A stretch of 63,277 nucleotides of DNA, the filler included, from Bdellovibrionota bacterium (lineage in GTDB: Bacteria; Bdellovibrionota; Bdellovibrionia; Bdellovibrionales; JAEYZS01): the NCBI GenBank assembly GCA_963169515.1. It is 6 parts of 6 records of this genome, joined end to end, with 100 filler letters (N's around TTAATTAATTAA, not from the genome) between each part and the next. Parts side by side here need not be neighbours in the genome. Positions count along the whole stretch, not along the records: positions 29,806 to 51,497 come from CAUJEF010000115.1; 5 more parts are not named here. One strand, 5' to 3'. Shown in pieces: positions 37,586 through 48,410 of this stretch (the stretch's first letter is position 1; the number at the start of each line of letters is the position of its first letter). The notes below the pieces were generated by a model that was not told where the DNA came from, searched no databases, and saw only the letters and a program-made list of their open reading frames with translations. A program made the translations under genes and the position numbers.

Positions 37586-37594
37586 AGGAGTACC

Positions 37595-38776
37595 GTGATT
37601 ATGGAAGAAACTGAAATGATAGAGAATCAAGAAAGTATTGCAGAGTTGGGGCAGCCGCACCATTCAGATGAATCAATTCATATTGAAGAAGAGAATGTAA
37701 AATCCATTTTAGAAAGCGTCCTATTTGCAGCGCAAAAGCCTTTGAGCCTGGAACAAATTCGCGGGTTATTTTCGACTACAAATATTAAAGTCGCAGCTTT
37801 AAAAGCAGCCATTAATCAGTTGTCTGTTGAGTACGCTGGGGGCGACCGCGGGGTTACATTAGAAGAAGTTGGGGGGGGGTACCAAATCCGGACAAAACAA
37901 GAAAATATGCAATTTATCCGCCGTATGGTGAAGGGCCGTCCCTTTCGCTTGTCGGGTCCTTCGCTTGAAACATTATCCATTATTGCCTACAAGCAGCCGT
38001 GTATTAAATCAGAGGTAGATCAAATCCGAGGCGTCGAATCAGGCCATCTTGTACGCTTGTTGATGGAAAAGGGGCTTGTTCAATTTGCCGGTAAAAGCGA
38101 ACTACCAGGCAAGCCGATGATGTATAAGACCACGCGTAAATTTTTAGAAATTTTTGGTTTGCGTACGTTAAAGGAACTTCCAAGCTTAAGTGAGATCGAA
38201 GAACTTATCCCGGAGGGTATCGGCGCTCCTGAGGACGAAAAGAAAACACTAGATCAACTTACAGAAGACCTCAGCCTTCGCTATGGTGATCGTGATGTTG
38301 AAATTGAAGACGAATATTCGAAAATCACAGGTCAGCTAACAGATATTTCAACGACCACAGACTTTTTTGAACAGGAAAAAATTCGTCAAAAAGAAGCTCA
38401 CGAGCGAGAAAAGGCAGAGGACATCAAGGAGAGATTAATGTTAGGACACGAAGTATCGCCTCGGGAACGGAATTGGCTTCAAAAGTTTGAAAGCTCCGCG
38501 GCGCTTGACATACCAGAGGAAGTGACCCCAGACATTCAAGCGCCGCTTGAAATATTAACTAAGGAAAATGATGCCGCAAGCGAGCAACTTGCCCAAGAGT
38601 TGGGGCGTCGTAAAAGTGATAACGGCGATGAAGATCACGAAGAAGATGAGAACGATGAAGACGAAGAGTTTGATGACGATTTCGAAGACGGCGATTTTGA
38701 CATTGAAGATGACGATGACGATGACGACGACGACGACGACGATAACTCCGAAGATGAGTCGGCTAAATTGAATTAA
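37595..38776 (+). CDS. scpB: Segregation and condensation protein B with long acidic C-terminal extension
   Basis: LETLSIIAYKQP, IRGV and FLEIFGLRTLKELP. Confidence 0.93.
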   Translation: MIMEETEMIENQESIAELGQPHHSDESIHIEEENVKSILESVLFAAQKPLSLEQIRGLFSTTNIKVAALKAAINQLSVEYAGGDRGVTLEEVGGGYQIRTKQENMQFIRRMVKGRPFRLSGPSLETLSIIAYKQPCIKSEVDQIRGVESGHLVRLLMEKGLVQFAGKSELPGKPMMYKTTRKFLEIFGLRTLKELPSLSEIEELIPEGIGAPEDEKKTLDQLTEDLSLRYGDRDVEIEDEYSKITGQLTDISTTTDFFEQEKIRQKEAHEREKAEDIKERLMLGHEVSPRERNWLQKFESSAALDIPEEVTPDIQAPLEILTKENDAASEQLAQELGRRKSDNGDEDHEEDENDEDEEFDDDFEDGDFDIEDDDDDDDDDDDDNSEDESAKLN

Positions 38777-40289
38777 CTATTGCTTCTGCTATTCTAACAC
38801 CGTCGACGGCAGCGCTTGTGATTCCACCGGCATACCCAGCCCCCTCGCCTGCCGGATATAAATTCTTGTGAGATGTGCTTTGTAGCGTTTGTGGATTTCG
38901 TGGGATCCGAATTGGGGATGAGGTTCGTGATTCTATCCCATGCAATTGGGATTCAGTGGAAATAAATCCGGGTATCTTCTTATTAAAGGACTTTAACGAT
39001 TTTTTGAGTGGACTCGATATAAGATCAGGAAGAATTTGGTTAAAATCAACAGCAACAGCCCCCGACGGGCTTGAAGTGGGGAGGGCATTCCCCAGGCGCC
39101 CTTCGATAAAATCAGTTGTAATTTGCACTGGAACTTGGTGGGTTCCTCCTCTGGCTTGAACGGCTTCAAAGCACAGTAATTCTAGGTCCTTACGCAAGCG
39201 AAGCCCACCCCAAACATCCTTTCCGAACAATTTTTGATGATCGACAGAAACAACAATAGCAGCGTTAGCAAATGGCGAATTCCGATTGTAGTTGCTCATG
39301 CCATTTACGACGATACCATCGGGATCTGTTCCACTGGATAAAACGTAACCACCAGGGCACATACAAAAACTGTAAACCCCAACACCTGATTTTTTATCAT
39401 GATCTGCAAGTTTATAGTTTGCGGCCTTTAACTTTGGGTGTTCGCAATAGATTCCATACTGGGTTCGATCAATAAAATTTTGTGAGTGCTCAATCCTTAA
39501 ACCAATTGCAAATGATTTACCTTCTATGTTTATTTTTTTCTTAAATATATCTTTAAAGACTTCGTCGGATGAGTGGCCTGTGGCAAGCACAATGTGCTCA
39601 CTTCTCCATTCGCGACCATCTTGGGTTTGAACACCAATAACGGAACCATCTTTTATAACAAGCTCAGAGAAAATCGTGTTGAAATGTATTTCACAGCCAT
39701 GTTCTGTTAAAAACTTTCTAATTTGGGGAATAATTCGACGAATCTTATCGGAACCGATGTGTGGATTTGCGAGGAAGCGTATTTCCTCAGGCGCGCCAAA
39801 CTGCACGAGCCTGTCCATAACATAGGGGATGTGGTGTGATTTTATTCTTGTGATGAGCTTGCCATCAGAAAAGAAGCCAGCCCCGCCCTCTCCAAAACAG
39901 ACATTGTCATTCGGGTCCAGAACGCCATATCGCCAAAATTTATTTATACTGAATATTCTTTTTTCAGCTGGGTTACCGCGTTCAAGTAAAATACAAGGGA
40001 TTCCTTGTTCAACCAAGCGGAGTGCACAAAATAATCCGGCGGGACCAGATCCGATAACAACGGGTGGATTTTTTGTCCACTTTTGTTTCTTAAATTCAAA
40101 TTTAGGTAATTTCTCACTTTCACCTTTTTTATATACTTCAACGGTGTAGACCTCGTGAGGGGCGTGGCGCTTCCGAGCATCGATGGATTTTTTTAATATC
40201 CGATAATGAGAAAAATCTGGGGAGAGCAATTGAAGCTTTTCTTCAAGCGTCTCATCCAACTCAACTTTTATATCCTTATGAACTTGCAC
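38763..40289 (-). CDS. FAD-dependent dehydrogenase/oxidoreductase (uncharacterised family)
   Basis: VIGSGPAG, FGEGGAG, FCMCPGG and GEGAGYAGGITSAAVDG. Probable GTG start at 40289. Confidence 0.88.
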   Translation of the reverse strand: MQVHKDIKVELDETLEEKLQLLSPDFSHYRILKKSIDARKRHAPHEVYTVEVYKKGESEKLPKFEFKKQKWTKNPPVVIGSGPAGLFCALRLVEQGIPCILLERGNPAEKRIFSINKFWRYGVLDPNDNVCFGEGGAGFFSDGKLITRIKSHHIPYVMDRLVQFGAPEEIRFLANPHIGSDKIRRIIPQIRKFLTEHGCEIHFNTIFSELVIKDGSVIGVQTQDGREWRSEHIVLATGHSSDEVFKDIFKKKINIEGKSFAIGLRIEHSQNFIDRTQYGIYCEHPKLKAANYKLADHDKKSGVGVYSFCMCPGGYVLSSGTDPDGIVVNGMSNYNRNSPFANAAIVVSVDHQKLFGKDVWGGLRLRKDLELLCFEAVQARGGTHQVPVQITTDFIEGRLGNALPTSSPSGAVAVDFNQILPDLISSPLKKSLKSFNKKIPGFISTESQLHGIESRTSSPIRIPRNPQTLQSTSHKNLYPAGEGAGYAGGITSAAVDGVRIAEAIVNSI

Positions 40290-40355
40290 ACAGAACCAAT
40301 ACCATGATTTGAGAATTTGTTGAAACACTTTGACGTTTCGAATAGACTGAATCTT

Positions 40356-41210
40356 ATGAAAAAGGTCTTGTTTTGTTTTCTCTATTTAGTCCCCAAAAAT
40401 TACGTGAGTTTCTTGGTTGGAAAGGTTGTGCACCTTGAGCGTCCCCGCTTCTTTGCAGTGTACGTTCGAAATTTTCTGGCAAAGGCTTTTAAGATTAATA
40501 TGGCTGAAGCAGAACATCCGTTAGAATACTATCCTTCTTGGGGGAGCCTTTTTACTCGGAAGCTAAAAGCTGGGGCTCGTCCTGTAGTGGGGGATATCAT
40601 CCACTGCGCCGATAGTCGCATTTCGCAGGCTGGGCGGATTGATAAAGATATCATGATTCAAGCAAAGGGGAAATTTTTTCGACTCGGTAAGCTTTTAAAT
40701 GAATCTGAATTCATGGGGAAATTTGAGGATGGATATTTTATAACCTATTATCTATGTCCGACAGATTATCACCGGGTACATGCCGCTGCAGCAGGAAGCA
40801 TTGTTGAAAGTCAGTACATACCGGGCAAACTGTGGCCCGTAAATGATCTAAGTGTAACAACCATATCAGAGCTGTTTGTCATTAACGAACGAACCGTGTC
40901 GGTGGTAAGGGCCGCCAAGGGCCATTATGCCGTGGTTATGGTTGGCGCAACCAATGTTGGGAAAATCACATTGAGCTATGAACCTTCAATCGTTACAAAT
41001 CAACAAACTAGGGAACTAAAAATTTCCCATAATCCCCCGATTGATATCGGGGTCGGTGATGAACTTGGAATTTTCCATATGGGCAGCACGGTTGTCATGT
41101 TATTTGAGAAGTCTTTTTTTTCTGACGAAGAATTTAAAACTATTATTAAAGGTCCCGTAAAATTCGGCCAATCGGTGCCAGGCACCCTCAGTAAACTATA
41201 CTTAAAATAG
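40356..41210 (+). CDS. psd: Phosphatidylserine decarboxylase proenzyme
   Basis: YLCPTDYHRVH, NER, VGATNVG and cleavage motif MGST. Confidence 0.93.
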   Translation: MKKVLFCFLYLVPKNYVSFLVGKVVHLERPRFFAVYVRNFLAKAFKINMAEAEHPLEYYPSWGSLFTRKLKAGARPVVGDIIHCADSRISQAGRIDKDIMIQAKGKFFRLGKLLNESEFMGKFEDGYFITYYLCPTDYHRVHAAAAGSIVESQYIPGKLWPVNDLSVTTISELFVINERTVSVVRAAKGHYAVVMVGATNVGKITLSYEPSIVTNQQTRELKISHNPPIDIGVGDELGIFHMGSTVVMLFEKSFFSDEEFKTIIKGPVKFGQSVPGTLSKLYLK

Positions 41211-42036
41211 TAGAGAGTGTGCGGTAACTTTGGACGAGTGATGTTTTGTTTTGGTCTTGTTGATTTAATAATCGATTATAGAACACCGCCAAGTCATAGG
41301 CGCCCCCCCAGCGCGCAGGTGCCCCGAACATTTTGAAATTATAGTAAACTTCACCTTTGAACTGAAAACCCGTTCCCGACTTGTTAGACTCAATTTCATT
41401 TTCATTATTGACATCGCGAGCGGGAACAGAATCGAAGTTGTAAAATATATCAAGCCCGCCTTTTATATCAAATTGTGGAGTTGCGGGAATACTTCTTTCC
41501 ACCCCCAGCATAACTCCATTCATTGATTTCATGTAGGACAACTGACTGTCAGTCGTGATGAAATTATTTGCCATCGTATATGTGCCAAATTTCAAAAGGA
41601 CAAAGTTTTTCACACTTGTTTCATCCAATATGAATTTGTATCGCATGCAGGCTTCAAGCATTTGTTGATAAGAACTGCTTGTGTTTGGGGAATCGGCTGA
41701 TGCTCCCAATAACATATTTTGTGCATGGGTAAATTTAAATGTAAATCCCCATTCGTTCCAAACTCGCAAATCGCCTTCTAGCCCTAGAACGGGAACCATA
41801 CTTTCCGAATTTAATTTTATTGGATCTACGCCTTGTGGTGTTGAGATTTGCATTAAGCCCAAAAACATTGAAACATAACCATTGCGATATTTATTCTGTA
41901 ACTTGATTTGATCTAATATATTTTGTGCTTCGATCATAAAGCGATCTGACGTTTCGGCAGAGATAGCCGGCGTTGATAAAAAAATCATAATACACAAAGA
42001 CAAAATGCGAGCCATTGATCTAAGAATACGAGACAT
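41188..42036 (-). CDS. Hypothetical outer-membrane beta-barrel protein
   Basis: Signal peptide, alternating hydrophobic strands and terminal Tyr. Start uncertain. Confidence 0.6.
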   Translation of the reverse strand: MSRILRSMARILSLCIMIFLSTPAISAETSDRFMIEAQNILDQIKLQNKYRNGYVSMFLGLMQISTPQGVDPIKLNSESMVPVLGLEGDLRVWNEWGFTFKFTHAQNMLLGASADSPNTSSSYQQMLEACMRYKFILDETSVKNFVLLKFGTYTMANNFITTDSQLSYMKSMNGVMLGVERSIPATPQFDIKGGLDIFYNFDSVPARDVNNENEIESNKSGTGFQFKGEVYYNFKMFGAPARWGGAYDLAVFYNRLLNQQDQNKTSLVQSYRTLSTILSIVY

Positions 42037-42057
42037 TCTTTTTTGAAGGAAGAGGCG

Positions 42058-42633
42058 TTATTTGGAACTGGTTTTTAGTAAAGGGAAGTATGGCATTGGA
42101 TCCACTGGTGCATAGGCAATTCTTAGCTCAAAGTGCAAATGAACGCCTGTGGCTCGGCCTGTTCTGCCCATAAGACCGACTTTCATACCTTTTGTGACGT
42201 ATTGTCCTTCTTTTACAAGAATTTTGTTCAGGTGTGCATAGAGTGTGGCTACACCAGGCTGATGTTCGACAATGACAAGATTCCCAAAGCCTTTAAATTT
42301 TCTTCCGGTGTAAATAACAGTTCCCTCGAAAGCAGCTAAGACAGGTGAGTTTTTATGCCCTGAAAAATCAATCCCATAATGGGGATCGTCGGTTTGGAAG
42401 CCTCGATTCACTTTTGATGGGTAGAAGATGGGCCATTCAAGGGCTAAGTTGACCTTTGAGGGATTAGCCGACGGCGCTGTTGTAAAGGGGTCCTCATATC
42501 GTGTTATCGAAGTCTGGTACTCAGTCGTTGTATAATCTGGGCTACGAAAGCCTGGGGTTTTTAACTCTCCACCATCGCGGAACGTGGAGCACCCAAAAAA
42601 TAAAAATGCAATACCAAGAAATATCAACTGCAA
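42058..42633 (-). CDS. M23 peptidase lipoprotein (NlpD-like)
   Basis: Lipobox FFG-C, HYGID, YAHL and HLHFE. Confidence 0.9.
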   Translation of the reverse strand: MQLIFLGIAFLFFGCSTFRDGGELKTPGFRSPDYTTTEYQTSITRYEDPFTTAPSANPSKVNLALEWPIFYPSKVNRGFQTDDPHYGIDFSGHKNSPVLAAFEGTVIYTGRKFKGFGNLVIVEHQPGVATLYAHLNKILVKEGQYVTKGMKVGLMGRTGRATGVHLHFELRIAYAPVDPMPYFPLLKTSSK

Positions 42634-42638
42634 TAGTG

Positions 42639-43385
42639 TTACCTCGTTCCAGTAGGCACCGAATTTGTGCTGGCTGGTGTGCCCCTTACGTCCTGTCTAT
42701 AAGAATCTAACTGTACAGTCTGGTAATTACAAAATTCTTTTTCCCAAAAAGATTCTTTTGAATTGGTTACATTTGTTTTTTTTAAACCAAAAATAGACTG
42801 TATTCCAGAAAAGCCTCTGTTATGTGCTGTTTGTGTGTACGCATTTTCCCTGGATGTTTTTTTACCCTCTATACAATCGGATCGAGTGAATGAGCTGCAT
42901 GACATAGGTTTTTGTCTGGATATTGTGCATGTGGTTGTTGCTTCGAGCGTAAGGTTTAAGTTTTTAAAATATCGACCTGCAGAATAATAAATGTTTTTAG
43001 CGCGATTATTTTCAAAAAGTACGATCACTTTTTCAAGGGGAGAGGCCTTTGTAACATATTCTGCTCGCTGCTTCGAAGCGGATTTTAAAATCCATCCCAT
43101 TTTGGAAATTTCCCCTTCCAGATCTGATGAGTAGGGCCTTCCAAATAAAGTATAAAGCGAGAGATGGACATTTTGCGCAAGAGAACGTATTGCGACTTGA
43201 TTCTGTTGGGCACGGACTTCTGCATCGACTTCATCTTCGACAAATTTGAATCCTTGATCGATAGTTTCTTGATGTACAAGGTCCGGATTTACTTCCTGAT
43301 CGGTTATTGGGGGCGGCGCCTTTGGCGCGGCCATGACCGATAATACAAATGTGAATATGTAAATCATAATACCTCTCCAATTCAC
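42639..43385 (-). CDS. Hypothetical secreted protein
   Basis: Signal peptide and four Cys. Co-directional with glyA and the M23 gene. Confidence 0.6.
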   Translation of the reverse strand: MNWRGIMIYIFTFVLSVMAAPKAPPPITDQEVNPDLVHQETIDQGFKFVEDEVDAEVRAQQNQVAIRSLAQNVHLSLYTLFGRPYSSDLEGEISKMGWILKSASKQRAEYVTKASPLEKVIVLFENNRAKNIYYSAGRYFKNLNLTLEATTTCTISRQKPMSCSSFTRSDCIEGKKTSRENAYTQTAHNRGFSGIQSIFGLKKTNVTNSKESFWEKEFCNYQTVQLDSYRQDVRGTPASTNSVPTGTR

Positions 43386-43446
43386 TTATTTTATAAAAGG
43401 ATCGGCGTGAGATCCACCAAAAGACGGGGAAATGACTGACGAAGGT

Positions 43447-44682
43447 CTAGTTATAAATGGGAAAATCGCGGCAGAATTCTTCAACTTGTTTTTTAATTTT
43501 TGCAAGCTGTGCTTCATTAGTTACATTATCGACAACGTCATTGATCCAAACGGCTATCTGCTTCATTTCTGCCTCTTTCATCCCTCTGGATGTCAGGGCC
43601 GGTGTCCCAATCCGAATTCCGCTTGTAACAAATGGGCTGCGAGTGTCGTAAGGAACCGTATTTTTATTCACAGTAATATTGGCTTTATCCAACGCAATTT
43701 CGGCATCTTTTCCAGTTATGTTTTTGTTATTGAGATCAATCAAGATCAGATGGTTATCTGTACCACCCGTGATCAAATTGAAATCCTTTTCCAACAATGC
43801 TTCGGCAAGAGTTTTTGCGTTTTTAATCACTTGCTCAGAATATATTTTGAATTCTGGAGCAAGTGCTTCTCCAAAAGAGACGGCTTTGGCGGCGATGATA
43901 TGTTCGAGTGGTCCGCCTTGAATTCCTGGGAATATTTTAGAGTTTATCAGCTTTGCAGAATTTTCGTCGTTACATAGAATCATTCCTCCGCGGGGACCAC
44001 GCAAAGTTTTATGGGTCGTTGTTGTGGTGAAATGGGCATAAGGAATTGATGTCGGATAGTGACCGGTCGCCACAAGACCCGCAACGTGTGAAATATCGGC
44101 AACAAGGGTCGCGCCCACTTCGTCTGCAATTTCACGAAATTTTGCAAAATCCAAAGTACGTGGGTAGGCGCTAAAACCAGCAATCAAAATTTTAGGTTTC
44201 ACTTCGCGTGCTTTCGACAAAATAGCATCATAATTCAATCGATGAGTTTTCTGATCGAGTTGATAGTGAAAGGCTTTGTACAAAGAACCACTGAAATTCA
44301 CAGGCGATCCATGGGTGAGATGTCCACCGTGGGACAAATCCATACCTAAAATGGTATCGCCAGCATTAGCAACTGCAAAAAATACAGCCATATTGGCTTG
44401 TGAACCTGAATGAGGTTGGACATTTGCGTACTGGCAGTTAAAAATTTTCTTTGCGCGATCAATTGCAAGCTGCTCAATTTGATCTACAATGTGACAACCT
44501 CCGTAATACCGTTTTCCGGGATAACCCTCCGCATATTTATTGGTGAGAATAGAACCTTGTGCCTCAAGGACTGGGCGGGAAACATAATTTTCCGAGGCGA
44601 TCATTTCAAGACCGAACTGTTGGCGATCCCATTCTTTATTGATAAGATCAAATACCTTTTTGTCAGTGGTCTGTAGGTTCAT
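43447..44682 (-). CDS. glyA: Serine hydroxymethyltransferase
   Basis: [15 protein letters not shown] and [13 protein letters not shown]. Confidence 0.98.
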   Translation of the reverse strand: MNLQTTDKKVFDLINKEWDRQQFGLEMIASENYVSRPVLEAQGSILTNKYAEGYPGKRYYGGCHIVDQIEQLAIDRAKKIFNCQYANVQPHSGSQANMAVFFAVANAGDTILGMDLSHGGHLTHGSPVNFSGSLYKAFHYQLDQKTHRLNYDAILSKAREVKPKILIAGFSAYPRTLDFAKFREIADEVGATLVADISHVAGLVATGHYPTSIPYAHFTTTTTHKTLRGPRGGMILCNDENSAKLINSKIFPGIQGGPLEHIIAAKAVSFGEALAPEFKIYSEQVIKNAKTLAEALLEKDFNLITGGTDNHLILIDLNNKNITGKDAEIALDKANITVNKNTVPYDTRSPFVTSGIRIGTPALTSRGMKEAEMKQIAVWINDVVDNVTNEAQLAKIKKQVEEFCRDFPIYN

Positions 44683-44721
44683 CGTTCCTCCATCTCGCCA
44701 GTGGCGAGCAATGCTTCTGGT

Positions 44722-45150
44722 TCAGCAGGGATTTTCAATCTTTTTGACTCGGGCTGCGTGGCGGCCGCCTTCGAATTGTGTTGCTAAAAACACATCCAAA
44801 ATTTTCAGAGCTTCATCATGATGTAAAAAACGAGCTCCTAAACATAGAATATTTGCATCATTATGGGCGCGAGCCAGCTGTGAGGATTCTTCATCCACAC
44901 AGAGAGCTGCACGGATTTTTTGATATTTATTAGCCCGCATAGCCATACCCTGCCCAGAGCCGCAGATTAATACCCCGAATGAATTAGAATCTCCTGATAC
45001 GGATTTTGAAACTAGGTCAGCATAATCTGGGTAATCGGCGCGGTCTTCTGAATCGACGCCATAATTTTTCCACTGAATGTTTGGGCGCTCCTGCATTAAC
45101 AGTTTTTTTAGTCTGTAGCCCGCGTGATCGTTTCCTATGTAGACCTTCAT
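44722..45150 (-). CDS. rpiB: Ribose-5-phosphate isomerase B
   Basis: NDHAG, DYPD, CGSGQG, HNDAN and FEGGRH. Confidence 0.95.
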   Translation of the reverse strand: MKVYIGNDHAGYRLKKLLMQERPNIQWKNYGVDSEDRADYPDYADLVSKSVSGDSNSFGVLICGSGQGMAMRANKYQKIRAALCVDEESSQLARAHNDANILCLGARFLHHDEALKILDVFLATQFEGGRHAARVKKIENPC

Positions 45151-45163
45151 CGCTCGCGCCCTT

Positions 45164-46432
45164 TCAGTCAAGTTTTGAAAAGATAAGGCAAGCATTTGTG
45201 CCGCCAAAACCGAAGCTATTGTTCAATGTATGTGTCACCTTTTGGTCGCGCGCAGAAAAGGGAACAAAATCTAAATCACACCCAGTGCTTGGGTTTTCAA
45301 GGTTAATTGTAGGTGGAACCACTTGATCCCTAATGGCTAAGACACAAAATACACTCTCGAGTGCCCCTGCAGCGCCAAGCAAATGGCCCGTCATGCTTTT
45401 TGTTGAGGACACTGTAATTTCCTTAGAGTGGTCCCCGAAAACCTTTTTAACGGCAGTTACCTCAAGCTCGTCTCCGACAGGGGTGCTTGTGCCGTGAGCA
45501 TTGATATAATTGATATCTGTTGTATTCAGATTTGCATTTTGCAAGGCTGATTTCATTGCCCGTTGTGCCCCGTCGTGTTCTGGGGTGGGGCTTGTGATGT
45601 GGTATGCATCAGAACTTAAACCATACCCAGTGACCTCGGCATAAATTCGGGCACCACGTTTTTCTGCATGTTCCAAATCTTCGAGAATCATAATAGCAGC
45701 GCCTTCGCTTAAGACAAATCCGTCCCGATCTTTATCAAAAGGGCGGCTTGCACCTTTAGGGTCGTTGTTCCTGGTAGAAAGGGCTTTCATACTTGCAAAT
45801 CCTGCTATTGCCATAGGGCAAACCACTGCTTCGGTTCCTCCCGCGACCATCATGTCACATACCCCACGCCGTATGTATTGAACAGCTTCCCCAATAGAGT
45901 GGGCTCCGGTGGCACATGCCGAGGTAATGCAAAAATTTGGCCCCTTTGTTCCGAATGCGATACTTAAATAGCCACCGGCCAAGTTCGCAATGACAGAAGG
46001 AATAAAAAAGGGACTAACACGGTTGGCCCCTTTTTCTAAAAGGATAGAGTGCTGGTTTTCGATGTAGGGTAATCCACCTATGCCTGCGCCAACAAAAACT
46101 CCGGTCCTCTCTGCATTTTTTTCTGTAATTATAAATCCAGAGTCCGCAAGTGCCATTTTTCCGGCAGCCATTGCAAACTGGATAAAACGATCCATTCGGC
46201 GAACTTCTTTTTTTTCGATAAAGTTTTCCGGAGTGAAGTTTTTTACTTCACCTGCAATATGGGCGTCCATCGGGGTAGGATCAAAAAGTGTGATTTTGTC
46301 GATCCCCGAAACGCCTTCAATGGCATTTTTCCAACTCTCTTGAACTGTCAGGCCTAGCGGACTGAGTGCGCCCATTCCGGTGATGACGACCCGCCTATCA
46401 AGAGCACGTTGGGGTCGTTCGAAACGCCCCAT
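45164..46432 (-). CDS. fabF: 3-oxoacyl-ACP synthase II
   Basis: SACATG, NAHGTST, KSMTGHLLGAAG and NSFGFGG. Confidence 0.97.
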   Translation of the reverse strand: MGRFERPQRALDRRVVITGMGALSPLGLTVQESWKNAIEGVSGIDKITLFDPTPMDAHIAGEVKNFTPENFIEKKEVRRMDRFIQFAMAAGKMALADSGFIITEKNAERTGVFVGAGIGGLPYIENQHSILLEKGANRVSPFFIPSVIANLAGGYLSIAFGTKGPNFCITSACATGAHSIGEAVQYIRRGVCDMMVAGGTEAVVCPMAIAGFASMKALSTRNNDPKGASRPFDKDRDGFVLSEGAAIMILEDLEHAEKRGARIYAEVTGYGLSSDAYHITSPTPEHDGAQRAMKSALQNANLNTTDINYINAHGTSTPVGDELEVTAVKKVFGDHSKEITVSSTKSMTGHLLGAAGALESVFCVLAIRDQVVPPTINLENPSTGCDLDFVPFSARDQKVTHTLNNSFGFGGTNACLIFSKLD

Positions 46433-46447
46433 TGTTTTCCTTTGGTC

Positions 46448-46684
46448 TTACTGAAGACCTTTTGTTTGTAGATAATCTTGTACGTTGCGAACCGTAACAA
46501 GTTTTTCTGCATCTTCATCAGGGATTTCAATGTCAAATTCTTCTTCCATCGCCATAACAAGTTCAACGATGTCGAGGCTGTCTGCACCAAGATCTTCGAT
46601 AAATTTAGCGTCTTCTTTTACGCGCTCAGGATCTACTCCAAGTTGTTCCACTATAATGTCTTTCACTTTCACTTTCACGCTCAC
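46448..46684 (-). CDS. acpP: Acyl carrier protein
   Basis: [12 protein letters not shown]. Confidence 0.98.
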   Translation of the reverse strand: MSVKVKVKDIIVEQLGVDPERVKEDAKFIEDLGADSLDIVELVMAMEEEFDIEIPDEDAEKLVTVRNVQDYLQTKGLQ

Positions 46685-46696
46685 GGGCCCTCCTTC

Positions 46697-47437
46697 TTAC
46701 ATGTATAAGCCACCGTTAACATTGATTGTTTGACCTGTAATGTATTTTGATAGATCGCTCAAGAGAAAAATAACCGCGTTGGCTACATCTTTTGGACTAC
46801 CTATAGTGCCCTGCGGTATTTGAGTTGCAAGGGCAGTTTTTTGTTCTTCTGTTAATTTATCAGTCATGTCCGTCTGGATAAATCCAGGAGCGACACAGTT
46901 GGATCGGATTCCTCTGCTAGCTATTTCGTGCGCAAGCGATTTGCTAAAAGCCTCAAGCCCAGCTTTTGTTGCCGAGTAATTGGTCTGTCCTGCATTTCCA
47001 GTTTGAGCGACAACACTGGTAATGTGCACGAATGAGCCCGCACGAGCTTTTAACATTGCTTTAAGACAATATTTTGAACATAAAAAACCACCGCGCAAAT
47101 TCACTTCGTAGACTTTATCAAAATCTTCGGTGGACATTCGCAAAACCAGCTGATCTTTCGTAATTCCAGCATTGTTTACAACCCCATCGAGATTTTTAAA
47201 CTTTTCTAAAACTTCATCGATGGCGGATTGTACGGACTCGTTTGATTCCATTTTCATTTCGGTGACCATATGGCCATTGCCGGGAAGATTTTTTAAAATT
47301 TTTTCAGATAAATCTCTGTTATTGGAGTAGGTAAATGCGACTTGTGCTCCGTGTTCGGCGCAGGCCTCTACAATGCCGGCGCCGATACCGCGACTGCCTC
47401 CGGTCACTAAGATTTTCTTCCCTTCGAGTAATTTCAA
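46697..47437 (-). CDS. fabG: 3-oxoacyl-ACP reductase
   Basis: TGGSRGIG, NNAGIT and YSATK, within the fab operon. Confidence 0.95.
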   Translation of the reverse strand: MKLLEGKKILVTGGSRGIGAGIVEACAEHGAQVAFTYSNNRDLSEKILKNLPGNGHMVTEMKMESNESVQSAIDEVLEKFKNLDGVVNNAGITKDQLVLRMSTEDFDKVYEVNLRGGFLCSKYCLKAMLKARAGSFVHITSVVAQTGNAGQTNYSATKAGLEAFSKSLAHEIASRGIRSNCVAPGFIQTDMTDKLTEEQKTALATQIPQGTIGSPKDVANAVIFLLSDLSKYITGQTINVNGGLYM

Positions 47438-47462
47438 AAAAACTCCATTTATCGAAAGTAGT

Positions 47463-48410
47463 TTATGTCAGAGATTCTAATTTATTAATGTCTTCTAGGC
47501 TTTGAATATTGAATGTCTTAAAGAATTCAGAGTCAATTTTTTTTACAAGGCCATTTAAGACTTGGCCGGGGCCAACCTCTATGACGTTTTGTACCCCCTT
47601 TTCTCTGAGATAAGTAACGCTTTGTGCCCATTTTACGGGGGATGAAATTTGAGAAATAAGATTTTGTTGTAGTTCGTCTAGATCCTGGGGTACGCGAGCA
47701 GTTTTGTTTTGGATCACTGGGAATTTCCAAGAAGAAAACTTCATCCCCCGAATGACGGGCTCCATATTATCTTCCGCTTGTTTCATAAGCGAACAATGAA
47801 ATGGGGCGGATACTTTCAAGGGAATCATTTTCAATCTTTTAATTCCCAAGGTCTCAGGTTTAAAAGTATCTTTGAGCCAATCAACAGCTTTTTTGGATCC
47901 ACTCACAACAACTTGGCCAGGGGAGTTGAAGTTTGCAGGCTCCAAAACTTCCCCAGTTTCAAGACTTACGACCCTACAAATTGTTTCCACTTGGTCGTTT
48001 TCTAGGCTTAAAATCGCTGCCATTGCACCAACACCCTCTGGAACTGCTTTTTGCATAAATTCGCCGCGCTTTCGAACAGCTTTAATAGCGTCGCCAAATG
48101 GCAAAATATTTGCGGCAACTAGGGCCGAGTATTCACCTAACGAGTGGCCTGCACCAAAAAGTTTCTTGCCTTCGATGATTGGCCTGATAGTACGCCACAT
48201 TGCTGTTGAAACAAGCAGCAAACAAGGCTGTGTATTGATAGTGAGCTGCAGATCTGCTTCAGGGCCTTCGAAACATAATTTTTTAAAGTCAATATTGAGT
48301 GTGTCGCTAGCTTCCTCAAAAGTTTCCTGTGCGATTTTAAAATTCTCATAGTACATTTTGCCCATTCCCGGGTGTTGGCTGCCTTGGCCTGGGAAAATTA
48401 TACCTAACAT
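47463..48410 (-). CDS. fabD: Malonyl-CoA:ACP transacylase
   Basis: FPGQGSQ, GHSLGEY and SAPFHC. Confidence 0.97.
   Translation of the reverse strand: MLGIIFPGQGSQHPGMGKMYYENFKIAQETFEEASDTLNIDFKKLCFEGPEADLQLTINTQPCLLLVSTAMWRTIRPIIEGKKLFGAGHSLGEYSALVAANILPFGDAIKAVRKRGEFMQKAVPEGVGAMAAILSLENDQVETICRVVSLETGEVLEPANFNSPGQVVVSGSKKAVDWLKDTFKPETLGIKRLKMIPLKVSAPFHCSLMKQAEDNMEPVIRGMKFSSWKFPVIQNKTARVPQDLDELQQNLISQISSPVKWAQSVTYLREKGVQNVIEVGPGQVLNGLVKKIDSEFFKTFNIQSLEDINKLESLT

Noticed and set aside
44694..44708. CTCGCC-AGT-GGCGAG hairpin before the glyA SD
   Set aside because: The 39-nt spacer is too short for a ZTP or glycine riboswitch. This is an ordinary intercistronic stem.
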